From NCBI GenBank assembly GCA_046563655.1, contig CM102290.1:2852001-2916000 (forward strand): DNA of 64,000 nt. The letters are read 5' to 3'. This DNA comes from Yuukianura sp. NJ FZ-2021. Its lineage: Eukaryota. Below the pieces are notes generated by a model. It was not told the origin of the DNA, did not search any database, and saw only the letters and a program-made list of their open reading frames with translations. Positions 37,251 through 49,600 of this stretch are shown here, piece after piece. How positions within the stretch are numbered: the stretch's first letter is position 1; each line of letters starts with the position of its first letter. The position numbers were made by a program, and so were the translations under genes.

Positions 37251-40200
37251 ATGAGTGGCATAAAGTTTGAACTTCAGAAAGAAGTATTTGAAGCTTTCAA
37301 AGAGAGACTCCACTGCGTTGTCAGTGTCAACAAGGTTGGAAGAAAGAAGACTCCGCACAGTTACCTCTGCATTACTGGAAGTATTGAACGCCCTATACGA
37401 TTTACCATATACTTGGTAAGTCTACTTTAACTTTATTGGGTTGCGATTGATCTGTACTTTAATTCTCGTATTACTGATTTCATTTCTGATTTTTAGGTAA
37501 AGAAGACAGAGAAGGGGTTCAAGAAGAAGCAGGAATGGATTCTTTCAACGCTAAAAGAGACAAATTACAGGGCAAAGGTAATTGGCTGCAAGGGCCATGT
37601 TTTGCTATTGCGTCGTCATCATGTTGCTGGAGAATGGAGGATTAATGGAAGTGTTGTATTTTGTAGGAGTCTGTCGAGTTCGAGTTACAGTTGGAGAAAA
37701 CGTACCAATGGTCAGCAGGGTCGGCTGAAGAGAAGGCCACGTTCTTCATGCTACTGTATCAAGTAAAACCCGAATCACTGGTTTCAACGTTTGAGTTTTC
37801 TCAGTTGCATAAAGTTTTGTGTATACTTTGATAGATTTGTTCCAGACTACATCGTCCCCCAAAGTTTGTGAACTACGAGCCAGATGACGATGAGATCGGA
37901 GGAAGTATCACAATCGCATCCGTTCCAAAGGATGACATTGAAGAGGATGACGAGGAGGAATACGGTCTAACGGAACGAGAGGAACAAGATCTGGAAAAGG
38001 TACTTGGGCGGGTAGAAAATGCCGTAGTAAATGCGGAAGCCTACATGCAGCAACTAGCAAGAGAGCTTTCAATTCTGGACGGCGTAAGTTAACGACTGGG
38101 AAAACTACAAAACCAAACAAATCTTCTTGTTTTAAAACAACTCATTTCTGTTTAGGAAAATATACACAGTATAATGGAGTCGGAAGGCCAAGTCAAGTCA
38201 CTTATGAATTCCATTGATGTCTCAATCTCAGCTTTAGACGAAATTGAGTCTGAACTTTCCACGTATGAGGAGACTGTCACGCATGTTCAAAAGTCCGTCG
38301 AGAAGATTGAGGAGGAAAGTTTGCAAATGGGAGTCGTCGCAAAGAACAATCACTTATTGCTAACAGAATTGGCAGGACTTATCAAGGCTCTCGATTTTCC
38401 GCACTCGTCCTTGTTATCAACAGTTGACTTGCGCACGAATGAAGGAATTCGAACTGCTACAGAGGCTGCCTACCAACTACAAGATGCTTTAAAATTGGAG
38501 GTTTGTGAGTTTTCCAACTTGTCTATATAGTTTTATTACATCTAAATACTAATTAACCTTATTTTTCAATTAGGACAAAATAAATCCTGCGCTATTGAAA
38601 TTAACAGCAGTTTTAGAGCAGAAGAAAAATCTGGAGCGGATTCAGCGAAAGTTTGCATACAATTTGGCGGAAACATTTACAAATATTTATTCCGAGACAT
38701 GGGTCCAGTACACCAGAGCAACCGCCGCAACTCAAAGTCTTCGCCTTCCAGCCATGACTCGAACACATAGTGCCTTACTTGAATACAAACAACTTAGCGC
38801 TTGGCTCAAAACTGCTCATCCAGACATATTTGGAAATATTCTTCAAGGCTACAATTCCGGCATTCACAAACTTTATGATGAGCGGGTAAAAGAAGTATTC
38901 CGGGAAGCCGTGAAGAAAATTTCTACAAATTCCTCTAGTGCGAAATGTAAGCAGATCCTTTTTTTTTTGTTTCTAAACAAAATGTTGTAAAATGAAACTC
39001 GTACTTTTTTACAGTATCCGGGTCAGTCGCTGAACTACAAATGCGTGGGAAATTTTTTGGTAAAACTAGGAGCTTAGCCAACAAAGACTTTGACACCGAA
39101 AGTCAGGGATCCGGAGAGGGGTAAGTCTTAACTAAAATTAACGTATTTATTATAATTTGTGAGAGTGCTGAACTTAAATTTACTTCCCTTAGCTCAATTG
39201 ACTCTTCAGAACGGCAGCATTTTTACGACGTTTTTGAGCAGTTACTAGAGGCCCTAGCGATTCCACTCAATGCCGAAGAGGAGTTTATTTCCAACTTTTT
39301 CCACATAGAAGGTTCTACTGGAAGTAATCCAGTGGCATCTCCAGGAACGTCTCCACGGGGTTTCCCTGGTGGCGAACTTCGTAAAATCATGACATCTCTC
39401 TTTGGATCCGTTGAAGTGGAACTGAATAATTTCCTAACAACTTACGAGAGAATGGAACCGAGGTAATTTTAGTATGAAATGGACTTTTGAATTTATACGA
39501 ATTTTTGAAGAATGGAGTTAATAATGAAGGCAGTTTTTGTATGGGAGCTATGGTGAAATTAGGACACCACGCTTTACGGCCTGAGAACCAGTCGTGCTAC
39601 ATTTCCGTCGTCTTTGGTACCATCCTTATTCAGGAGAAGCGAAGTTTTGATCGACTGATGAACTCATATGTTCAAGCTATAGCTGACTCACGTCCTTCCA
39701 GAAAATCCAAATCCGAAATCCTAACTTTTGTTACAGAATTTGAGGTATTCTTTCCTCTTCTCGTTAAAAGTATTAGTTACTATGGTATACACCAAGTCAA
39801 GTGTTTTCTTTTAGGATTTTGCTGTGATGGCAGAATCAATTTTCGAGAACTCTCCACGAAGAAGTGAACTGGAGAAATGGTATGGAAAGATGCTGTCGGC
39901 AATATTTGATGGCGTGATCAGACATTCCAATGAAGGCGGCAAAGTTCCAGGAGATGTCCTCAAAATGGAAAACTTTCATCGTCTCCATGCAATCCTATCA
40001 AAACTGAAAGTTGGTGCTATGGAGCAACAGAAAAAGGAAGCCAAGGCCAAGTACATTGAAGCTCTCAATGCTTACGTCACCAAATATTTGGGAAGACCTC
40101 TGGTGAAACTCAACGTAAGATTGGAACTCATATGATTTAAAAATTTGGTCAGACCCAATCTAAATTAAGTAATCTGATTGATTTCCCAGGACTTTTTTGA

Positions 40201-40623
40201 TGGAGTTCAACAGAAAGTGAGCCAGGGCGTGAAAGAATCTGAAATTGGCTATCAGATGAGTTACAGTCGAGTGGAACTCAAGCGCGTTATAAAAGAATAT
40301 CCTGCCAAAGAAGTAAAAAAAGGACTGGAGTCTCTGTACAAGAAATTGGAGAAACATTTATCAGAGGAAGAGAATCTTCTCCAAGTAAAGCCAAAAAATA
40401 TATATGTAATTTATTGTCAATTACTCAACATGGAAAAGCCTATTCATCTTCTTTTTGTTTTTCATTTGAGGTTGTTTGGAGAGCCATGCAAGAAGAATTT
40501 ATTGTTCAATATAAAACGCTAGAGACTTTGATAGCACGATGTTATCCTGGAGCCAAAATAACTCTGGAATTTACTATTCAAGACATACTAGAACTATTCT
40601 CTGAAATTGCTCGAATGCATTAA
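37251..40623 (+). CDS. EXOC1: Exocyst complex component 1 (Sec3), multi-exon
   Basis: [13 protein letters not shown]...; [10 protein letters not shown]...[79 protein letters not shown]...CYPGA...FSEIA. Confidence 0.95.
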
Positions 40624-40689
40624 CTGACGATGACTTCGTTTTTAATGTTGTTTGTGGCTCTTTCGAGAAATTAAAGTCAAGTTCAAGCC

Positions 40690-43600
40690 TTAGTCGTCTT
40701 CTTCAATCTTGTCCAGCATTTTTTGAAGATTCTCCAGAACAATTTCTCCTATAAGACAAACAACTAATTTATTTCTTCCATGGCCGTTCCGTCCTCCAAT
40801 CCAGATCGTTTTTTGTGATTTTGGCAATTTGACAAAGTGGCCGCATTCATTGACCGTATTAAGTCTTTCCAGCAGTCCTGGAAGTATCATTTGTACTCTA
40901 TTCCATAATTCATCCTGGTGAGGCATAGGATCCTCTTCGTGGATTTTGACAAGGCCACGAACTGAATCAATCTTGGCAAGAAATATGATTCTGGAAGAGT
41001 TAATATAACTGAAATATCAATTTAGTTAATTCAGTTAATGTTAATTTGACAAATGATTAGACTAACTTGTACTCTTCAAGGACCGAAGCTCCAAGAACAT
41101 CAACATTCTGAAAAAATTCAATATTTGTTCTAACTGAAGTTCAGCGTTGAGTTTTTATAGTTTTTTTTAGTATTTACAAAATTCAATTTGTACTTTTTAC
41201 TTTGTCTTTACGCATTTCCAGCTCAGGTTTTTTGCTTTTTGCGACCTTGTTTTTCAAATTGTTCCAAGCAGTTCCAATGACATTGTTTCGGGCTGTGGAA
41301 GTGAAAACAAAATTTCAGTTTTTTGAAATTTAAAAAAAAAATCTAAGCTTTTCAAATTTTGTTTCGTGAAACTTTGTTAAACAAAATGTTCCTTACGCTG
41401 ATGACTGGTTGGCTGTGCAGAACCGATTGTTTCCACGGAACTTGCTTGAGACGAAGAACGTTTTGACACAATTTCTTGTAACTGTGGTTTTGTAATTAAC
41501 AAAATTCGAAACAAAATTGTCGCCATTTTTTCAATCCAGAGTTGAATTCGTTTTCTAAATCTAAAACAATTCAATTCTTTAAAACGATTCTCAAAATCAT
41601 GGTTATGTTCAACAACTTACGTATTTTGATCACAATCCGGGCAGTACAAAAGCACAAGCATTAAAACGTGTTCCTAGATTTGTACAATAAGTTTCGAAAT
41701 TTTAATATTTAATTTTAATTTAATTAATTCACTCAAATTTACTTTAAAGTGTCAAATACCTTTCCAACTAGCATAACCAAGCGAGAATCACCAGCTAGTT
41801 TTTGGACAATTAGAAGCCGCTTGACCGGCGGCCATTTTGACTCTTTTGTCCAATTTAGTTCAGCAAGTATCCAGCAGTAGCACTTGTGCAGAAGCTCATT
41901 TGTGATTGTACTGGCAACAATTCTTTGCTCAAAAAAGACACATACACCTAGGCAGTATCCATGCTCTGCGTTCTAAACAAAATAACAGCAATTTTTGCAT
42001 TGACCTTTGACCTCATCAGAAGAATTTTTAACCTGTTCCTTACGTCACCATCTTTTATCCAATGTCCTCCGTCCAATTGGTTGATTTGATCCAGGATTTC
42101 TTCCTGTATTGTCCGAGTTAACATTTTTTTAGTTTCATTCAAAAAGTTTACCAAAAATTTATAAAACAATGAAAAATTGTCGTTCTGACGGATAAAAATA
42201 ATTTGTCAATGCCTGTCTGTGATACGATGGTTTAAAAGGAACTCGTGGAAGATGAGGTAGAACAGTTGACTGCACGTCGATAGCGTTACTGAGAAATTTG
42301 GACAGTAGTGTGGTAACTTCATTGTGGTTTTCTTTTCTAAAAGCTCTAAAAAATCAAAAAATTTGAAAAATTTCATTAATTTCTTCTAATTCTAAAATTT
42401 TTGGCCACCTTTCCAGAGTATCCCACTTAAAAGTGAGAGCACCCGTAATTAGTTGTGCAAGCGGCGTCGGTGAAATTGAAGAAGGAAGTAAACATCTACA
42501 AAAAATTTTTAAACCAAAAAATTTCTTAAACATTATTTTTTTTAAATTGGTCAAAAAGTTTTGCCCTAACCTCGTTGATCCTGGCGTTTCGTTGGACATG
42601 AGCAGTAGAATGGACCTGCCTCCGTCGTCACTCCAACATTCTACATCCATTTTTCTACCGGCGATTTCCATTTGACTACTGCACAAGCAAGTACAAAAAA
42701 TAAATTTGCTTTCAAAAAGTTTGTCCTAAATTTAAAAAATATTACCGTATGATCGTATGTGCGTTGCTCATGTCCTTCTTTAAAATTCCGTAAATTGTGA
42801 CTGTCATGGGAATTGTATTTACCAAACTTTGGTAAATTTGTGCACTGGGACCGTTTAGAGTTTCCTTCGGAGGCCAAGTATACGTAATGCATTCCTGGAG
42901 AAAATGAGTTCCAAAATGAGCTTGGCTGCGGGAAATAATAAAGTTAACTTCTAACTAAAACCAAAAGTTGATACCTTCAACTGACTTGTCCTGGATTCGA
43001 TACGTTCCGTTGTCACAAAAAATAAAAAGAATTTTGGTGCCGTTTTGAGCAAGTCGCCATCTAAGGTCATTGACTTCTCATTACGGTGAAAAATACTTTC
43101 CGCTTCCAGCATTTCCACCCGCTTTGTTGTATACGCTATGGACATGGACGACTTCTTAACTTTGAGTTCTCGTTCTTCAATTTCACCAGGTTCTCTCTTC
43201 TTGTTTTCAAAAAATAAACTTTTACTAAAAAAAAAACTTCTAACTTTCACAAATGAAAGTTTTTGAAATTGAACTTACTTGGCTTTCCGTCCTCGGTGTA
43301 GTTTGAGATTCAGAACGAGTGACTCCTATCTAAATCAAAATCAAAAAAATTAACATTAAATTTAACTACACTAAAAAGTTATGCAACGCGTATTAAAAAG
43401 CAAGAACTTGAATACTAAATCATATGTGTGTTTTATAAGTTTAGTTCAAATTCAGTTTCAGTTCTATTTGAGAGTGGCATCAAATGTCAAAGTTTGGCTT
43501 TAGACCAAGGCGCAGAAGCGGGAAAAGTTAGGATTCGTAGGTGTAAGCGGAATTTGAAAGTTTTTGGCGTTAATTGGCTTGAAGGAGTGGTTAATTAGCC

Positions 43601-46600
43601 GCACACCTTTGAAAAGTAAGAGAGCGCGAGAAGAGCCTTTAATCCTGTTTGTTCCACCGTGGCATAAGCCATGGTGAAAATAACTTTGGAAAACGCAAAG
43701 TCATTTCAGCTATGGAAGATCCGTCCTAGTCGGAGAGTTTTTGAAGCGGCCTTCCTTTTGAAGTGAGTTTTAGTTCATCAAGACATGATTTCCCAATAGA
43801 CACCTTCTCAAATCATAATGCATGAACGCAACGAGGTCAAAAGAAAAAGAACGGAGGCAGGCGGGGGTTCTTACTTTCAAAATTTCAGAAAAATTCACTC
43901 CTAGCAAAATTTGAGAAAAACAAAATTCATACTCGAGACGAATGCAGCTATTTTTGCAAAGTTTGTCTAAGGAGAAAGTATGGTTTCTGGAACTTGTAAA
44001 AATTTTTAAACGAAGTTTTTTTTTTAAAAAAAAATTCGAAAAAGAGAAAGTTTTTGGCGGGAAAGAGCAAACTCATTTTCGCTTTTGCCAGAATACTCTC
44101 ACCCTCACTTTCATGTTTTCTCCTTGACTTTCCAAATTGACTCCTTAATGATCTGTGGGAATTTATTCCCTCCAGCACAGAAAACATTCTCACTTTGCCA
44201 GTATATTTTCTAAACTTTACTCAAAGTTAAGTTAGGGAGGTGACTGGAACCATTTTCCTTTGACTTACACTAACCACCTTCATCACAGTTTCGTGTTTTC
44301 TAAAACACACAACTAAACAGTTATTAGTCCTTAGTTTTTGAAAATAGGGCTCCAGGCCGTTAGAATCTCCGTTTCAAGTCATTTAAGTTCGCAAATCTTA
44401 TTTCGGCTTCTCTCTCCTGTTTCCAATTGGATTAATTTAACAAACAGACCCAGAGAAAAGTTTGGCTTTAAAGAAGCTGTCTCTCTCTCTTCTTTCCCCA
44501 AGGATTTGATTAGCTTCAAAGTGAAAGCTTTTCCCATTTACAACCTCCTGGCGAAAACAAATCTAATTCCCTTGCATTCCACACACGTTTTCCATCCCTA
44601 GTATTCGTTTCTAGTCCAATAATAACTCAAAATCCACTTCAGCCTGAAAGCAATTCTGAGATAATTTTCAAAATCCAGAGAGATATGTTTAGTACCCTCA
44701 AAATGAAACTTTATTTGGAAATTCAAACAAACGACTTTCACTCAAAATCAAAATGCTTTAGTATGATGAATCCCTTGAAATTGAACTGTAGAGTTGTTAA
44801 ATTTGCTTTTTTGTGTGTCTTCGTAGAAGTTGAAAGGAGAAAGTACATGTTGGAGCTGTAATGAAACCGAGCGAAAGTGACTTATTGGCTTTGAAGTGAC
44901 TGGTGACGTGACAAAAAGTGTGGAATTGGGAGGACTGAAGTGTTCAAGTGTCAAGGACTCTTTGAAAAGCAAAGGGAAGAAGTGTCCTAAATCCTAAAAT
45001 CCCATCAAAGGAACCACCCAAATGACAGAAATTGTGGAATTATTCAGTAAGTATACGGTGCTGAGAACTCAGTGGACACTTTGCGGTCTCACATAGCTCT
45101 GCTGCTAGGAAGACCTGCTTGTTAAGTTCTAGTATTCTATCCTTGTTCAGTTTTCTTCATCTTATTTCTTATGTTAGGTTACGCAAACCCTAACCTTGTT
45201 CGATACACCTCCGAATCATTTATTGGACTCTGAGGTTATGACTATCGATTCCTCAGGAACTTTCTGGTGAAATTCCTTTTAGTGAAGAGCAGCACTAGTA
45301 TGAGCAGCGGCACCAAAAACCCAGATCCACCACCAACCAAGAGCTCCAAAAACTATCGATCTTCCCGCCTTTTTACTCACCTTATCCTTCCGTTTTTCAA
45401 CAATATCCTCCGACCTTCCACTTTCACCACTCTAAAAACTTAATGCAAAATCAAACAAAAAAAAACGCTTCAGGAAACAGAGAAAAAGAAGCATCGTGAA
45501 TGAAATGTTTTTAAACAAATCATAAAAACTTTAGGTCCCGTCCTTCCACGAAGAATAGACTGAACTAAGTTTACATTCCGAATTTTGTTAGATTTTTGTA
45601 AGAATTTTCTTATGCCTTTACTATGCCATGACTTGAAAAGATTTACATTGGAAACTTATGAAAACTACTTATGAAACATTGAAAACTATGCAAAAATTTA
45701 CCGCAAAAGTACCAAATATTTTACAACTTTTATTGCATATTAGCTGATATTTTTATATTAGCTGATTCTGATTGATATTTTATGTGACCATAAAAGAATT
45801 TAATGATTAATAAAATTTTAGAAATGCGGAATGAAATTGTTTTTCAAATTTTGAACTTATGTGGAATTCGGTATCAAAAAAGTAGACAAAGCTAGCCTTC
45901 GGGGTGATGGTTTTTTAGCGTTCTAACATTACCAAACATGTTCAACTTCTGTTTAAAAATTAATGGCATACTTGTAGCGAAGAAAAATTGAAACAATTTT
46001 TTGAGGCCATGTTGGATATATTTGGTGCTGATGAAGTTGATTTGTGTTTGAGTCGATTGTTCAGCAGCATCAAGAAAGCACTCTATGTTTTCTTTTCCAA
46101 TTTTTGAAAAGAACCATCAATTTTGCTTGTTTTTTTTTCATAACAGACAAGAACTTTACCATGTCTCTTTTTCTCTTTTTTATTCTTATATAAGCTTATA
46201 TGGGTGAAAGTTGGACAGGCATATCTCCCTTGTTCCTTTGAGTAATCAAATCTCTTTGTTCCATTCCAGGAAAAAACAACCAAAAACTTTCTTCTCTTGA
46301 TAAACTAAAACTCATGTATGCAAATGTTGCTAACTATTGTACTTTTCCAGGAAATGTCAAAAAGAACTTTTTCAAAGAAGTAAATTTCCAAGCATTTGCT
46401 AGGAATCAGCTTATTTTAGGCCTTTCTTCTCTGTTTTCAAACAAACATTTGCTTTGAAGACAACTTGTTTAAAAAATAGACTTCAATTTCCTTGTGTCAA
46501 GAAACCTCTGACTTAATATTCTCTGCTCACTTCAAAGTGTTTTCTGTCATGTCAAATTTTGTGTTGAAGGGATAAATTGTAGAAGCTGTCAGTCCTTGAC

Positions 46601-49600
46601 ATTAGAAGGTTTGGTTAGTGTGGTTTGGTTAACAAGTGACCTCTCGTGACCTTTGACTGATGAGGTGAAGAAGTGCCAAGGAATAATGGGTTGTAAATGT
46701 CAAAGGTCAGCATGTGCAGGGAGACAAATTGGGAGAAAGTGATACAAAGTTTGTCTGATGAGTTGGAAAACTTAGGCCACGTTAGTTTTTTTAGCATTAC
46801 TTGAGGCGATGGGGTAATGGATCCACTCCATCATTCTGGAAGAAAGACGGGTTCGAAAGGCGGAGTGATGAAACGGTCCAATAATATCTTCTTTTTTTTA
46901 AAAAAAATCCTGACAAGTTTAATCTGTAGACCGTAATGGATTTTTCAAAACGCTTCCGGAGTCTAACTTTGAGCAGCAGTGTTTTGAGCACACAAAGCTC
47001 CAAAAAATGAGCAGAACTATCGAAACTGAAGTGATTTTTGTGTTCAAACAACCACTCAATGAAGATAAAATGGCAAATGGCTTCTTAGTTTTTACCAGTG
47101 ACCACATCATCGATCAGAGATGGCAGGATTGAGCCGTTAGGTCGTACATCTTTCCCTGTCCCTAGGTTAGGTTTACGTTAGCTCTTCCCTCAAGCCACGC
47201 CACTAAATCAACAGAAATAAGGTCATTGTCACCTTCCAGACCTCGCTCCGAAATCCATCAAATCCCAAAAGCACTTTTTCATAAGATTCTTTTTCCCACG
47301 AAACGAAAATCTCCTGTTCATATTACCATGAACCAACCCGAGATTTTTTAGAATAGGCTATAAAAAGATAGAACACGTCTCTTCGCTGCTCCGGTGACCA
47401 CAGACCGTAAAAAGTTAACAAAACTGTTCATTCCGGCGTCACCTTTTGAAAAAGTGGATCGCTGCAGAATGATTTGAGAAATGACTTTTGACTTGTATCA
47501 AATTTGAATCTAAAGCCATTGCAACACCGAACCCACTTCCTTCTTCCTCCGTCTCACAGGACGTGAATGGCCTTTCGTTTTGACAAAATTTGATATTATT
47601 CTCTTCTTTGGACCTTTGAAGCGTGTCCAGAATTGGATAAAGAGGAAGAAACATAAATCAGAGACAGAAAGCAGGAGAGTAGGGTTTTCGGGCTGACAGG
47701 AATGAAATTTAAGAATTCGTTCAAGGGCCCACAACCACCACTTTACTCACTTTTATTTGGTATTTGGAGGTTCCTGGATGTCGTCGTCCTTTACCTCTCG
47801 TACTTGGATGACGCTGTTCCATCGCTGATAGAATAAATTCTACGTTTAACGGATTCACAACTATCCCATTAATCGTTCGAATCCAGTCGCCTGAAATAAA
47901 TAACAGAAAATTTCTTAACAAAAAGTCATATGAAAAACTTTTTTTTTGCAAATAATTTTTATGTGCCTACTGTTTTCAGCTTTAGATTTCCAGACACTAA
48001 CGGACGGTCACTAACGGCCCGATATACTAACGGACGGTCACCAACGGCCGGTCACCAATGGACGGTCAGTAACGGACGGTTCCCAACGGACGGTCACCAA
48101 TGGACGGTCAGTAACGGATGGTCACTAATGGACAGTCACCAATGGACACATACTCCAATGGACACTTACTCTAGTGGACACGGTCACTAATGGACATTGA
48201 CACACCTTGCTTCAGGCACTGAAAATTAACTCATTTTTGAACCTAGCGGCAATTGCCTAAGTTAATTAACCTAACCTACAACCTAATCACTACTGCCAAT
48301 TTTTATAACCTAACACCGCGCCTTCGGCGCGGAAAACTGAAAGCAGATTTACTGAATTAATTAGTAAATAAGCTTGCCAACTTGAATTCAGAGCCGGCTT
48401 TATCGTCACTGCGTTTCAAAAATTGGTAAATTTTCAGTTCCTGAAGCAAGGTGTCAATGTCCATTAGAGTAAGTGTCCATTGGAGTATGTGTCCATTGGT
48501 GACTGTCCATTAGTGAACGTCCGTTAGTGACAGTCCGTTCGTGACCGTCCGTTAGTATATCGGGCCGTTAGTGACCGTCCGTTAATGCCTGGTTACGCTT
48601 AATTTTAATTAAACGACTGTTTATTTCGAAATGAATTTTTTCAAAAATTGGCGAATCTTTTAGGTTTTTTTTTCTCCTAATTCTAAACCTTAATTTTTTT
48701 TAAAATATGATTTTCATAGTGAAAGTTTCTTTTAAAAAATGCGGTTTTGTTATGGTTGATTGAAATTTTGGCGTGTAGGAGAAATAATGCGGCTGAGAAA
48801 GTCTTCTTTCCTGCATAATCTCACGTTTCATCACAGGGAAAGTCAAAAGAAAATTCCTGTTGCTTTTGACAGAAATGCCAAGACAAACAGGGCTTGTCAA
48901 TTTCTCAAATAGCCACATCAACTAGTTCAACAACTAAATGCGTCAACACTTAAATTACTATAAGTTCCAACCTCCCTAACTTTTGTGCACCTAACAGTTT
49001 AAATTCCTAACTTGCTAATTACAAAACTCAAAAGTTTGGAATCTTCTGACCAAGAATTAAAAATTGTAAAATATTCAAAACAATGATATTTAATTTTAAA
49101 AAAAACTGTTTAAAAAATTAGCAGTTCTTAGTACATCGGATTAGGTTTGATTTTGGCAGAGTAATTTGAGTCGTCACTGAAATCTGTAAAACTGAATGTT
49201 GTTGATTGGTTTAGTGTTGACCAAAATACGAAATTCGACTCTGCCTATTTGCCCAACCTCTGTTAGTAATCTTATGAGAGAAAGTTAGTCAAAAAGAGCG
49301 AGCGAGACGATGGGAGTATGGATGAAGTTATGAAAGTTGAATTGTTCCATGGTGGTTCTTTGGTTCCTTTCGTCAACGCGGGGGAACCTTAATCATCCTG
49401 TCACGCTCTAATCAACACCCAAAAGATTAAAACCCCCGCCACGCCTTCCCTCGCCACTTTCACCAGCAGCATCTTCCTCCACTTTCTTCACAAAACTCAC
49501 TCTTCGCTCCAAAAACTTCTGCAGAGACACTCCGCTTCTCAAAAACTTTCAAAACCGCATCTTCTCAATTTGGAATTAAAACTGGATATCTTTAGTCATA

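Noticed and set aside
27124..40623. Functional exocytosis cluster (Rabin8/Sec2 near Sec3)
   Set aside because: Opposite strands, separated by an unrelated gene; proximity is plausible by chance without synteny evidence.
47930..48190. Repetitive 86-aa ORF (GHQWTVSNG repeats)
   Set aside because: It is a translation of the subrepeats in the foldback element arm.
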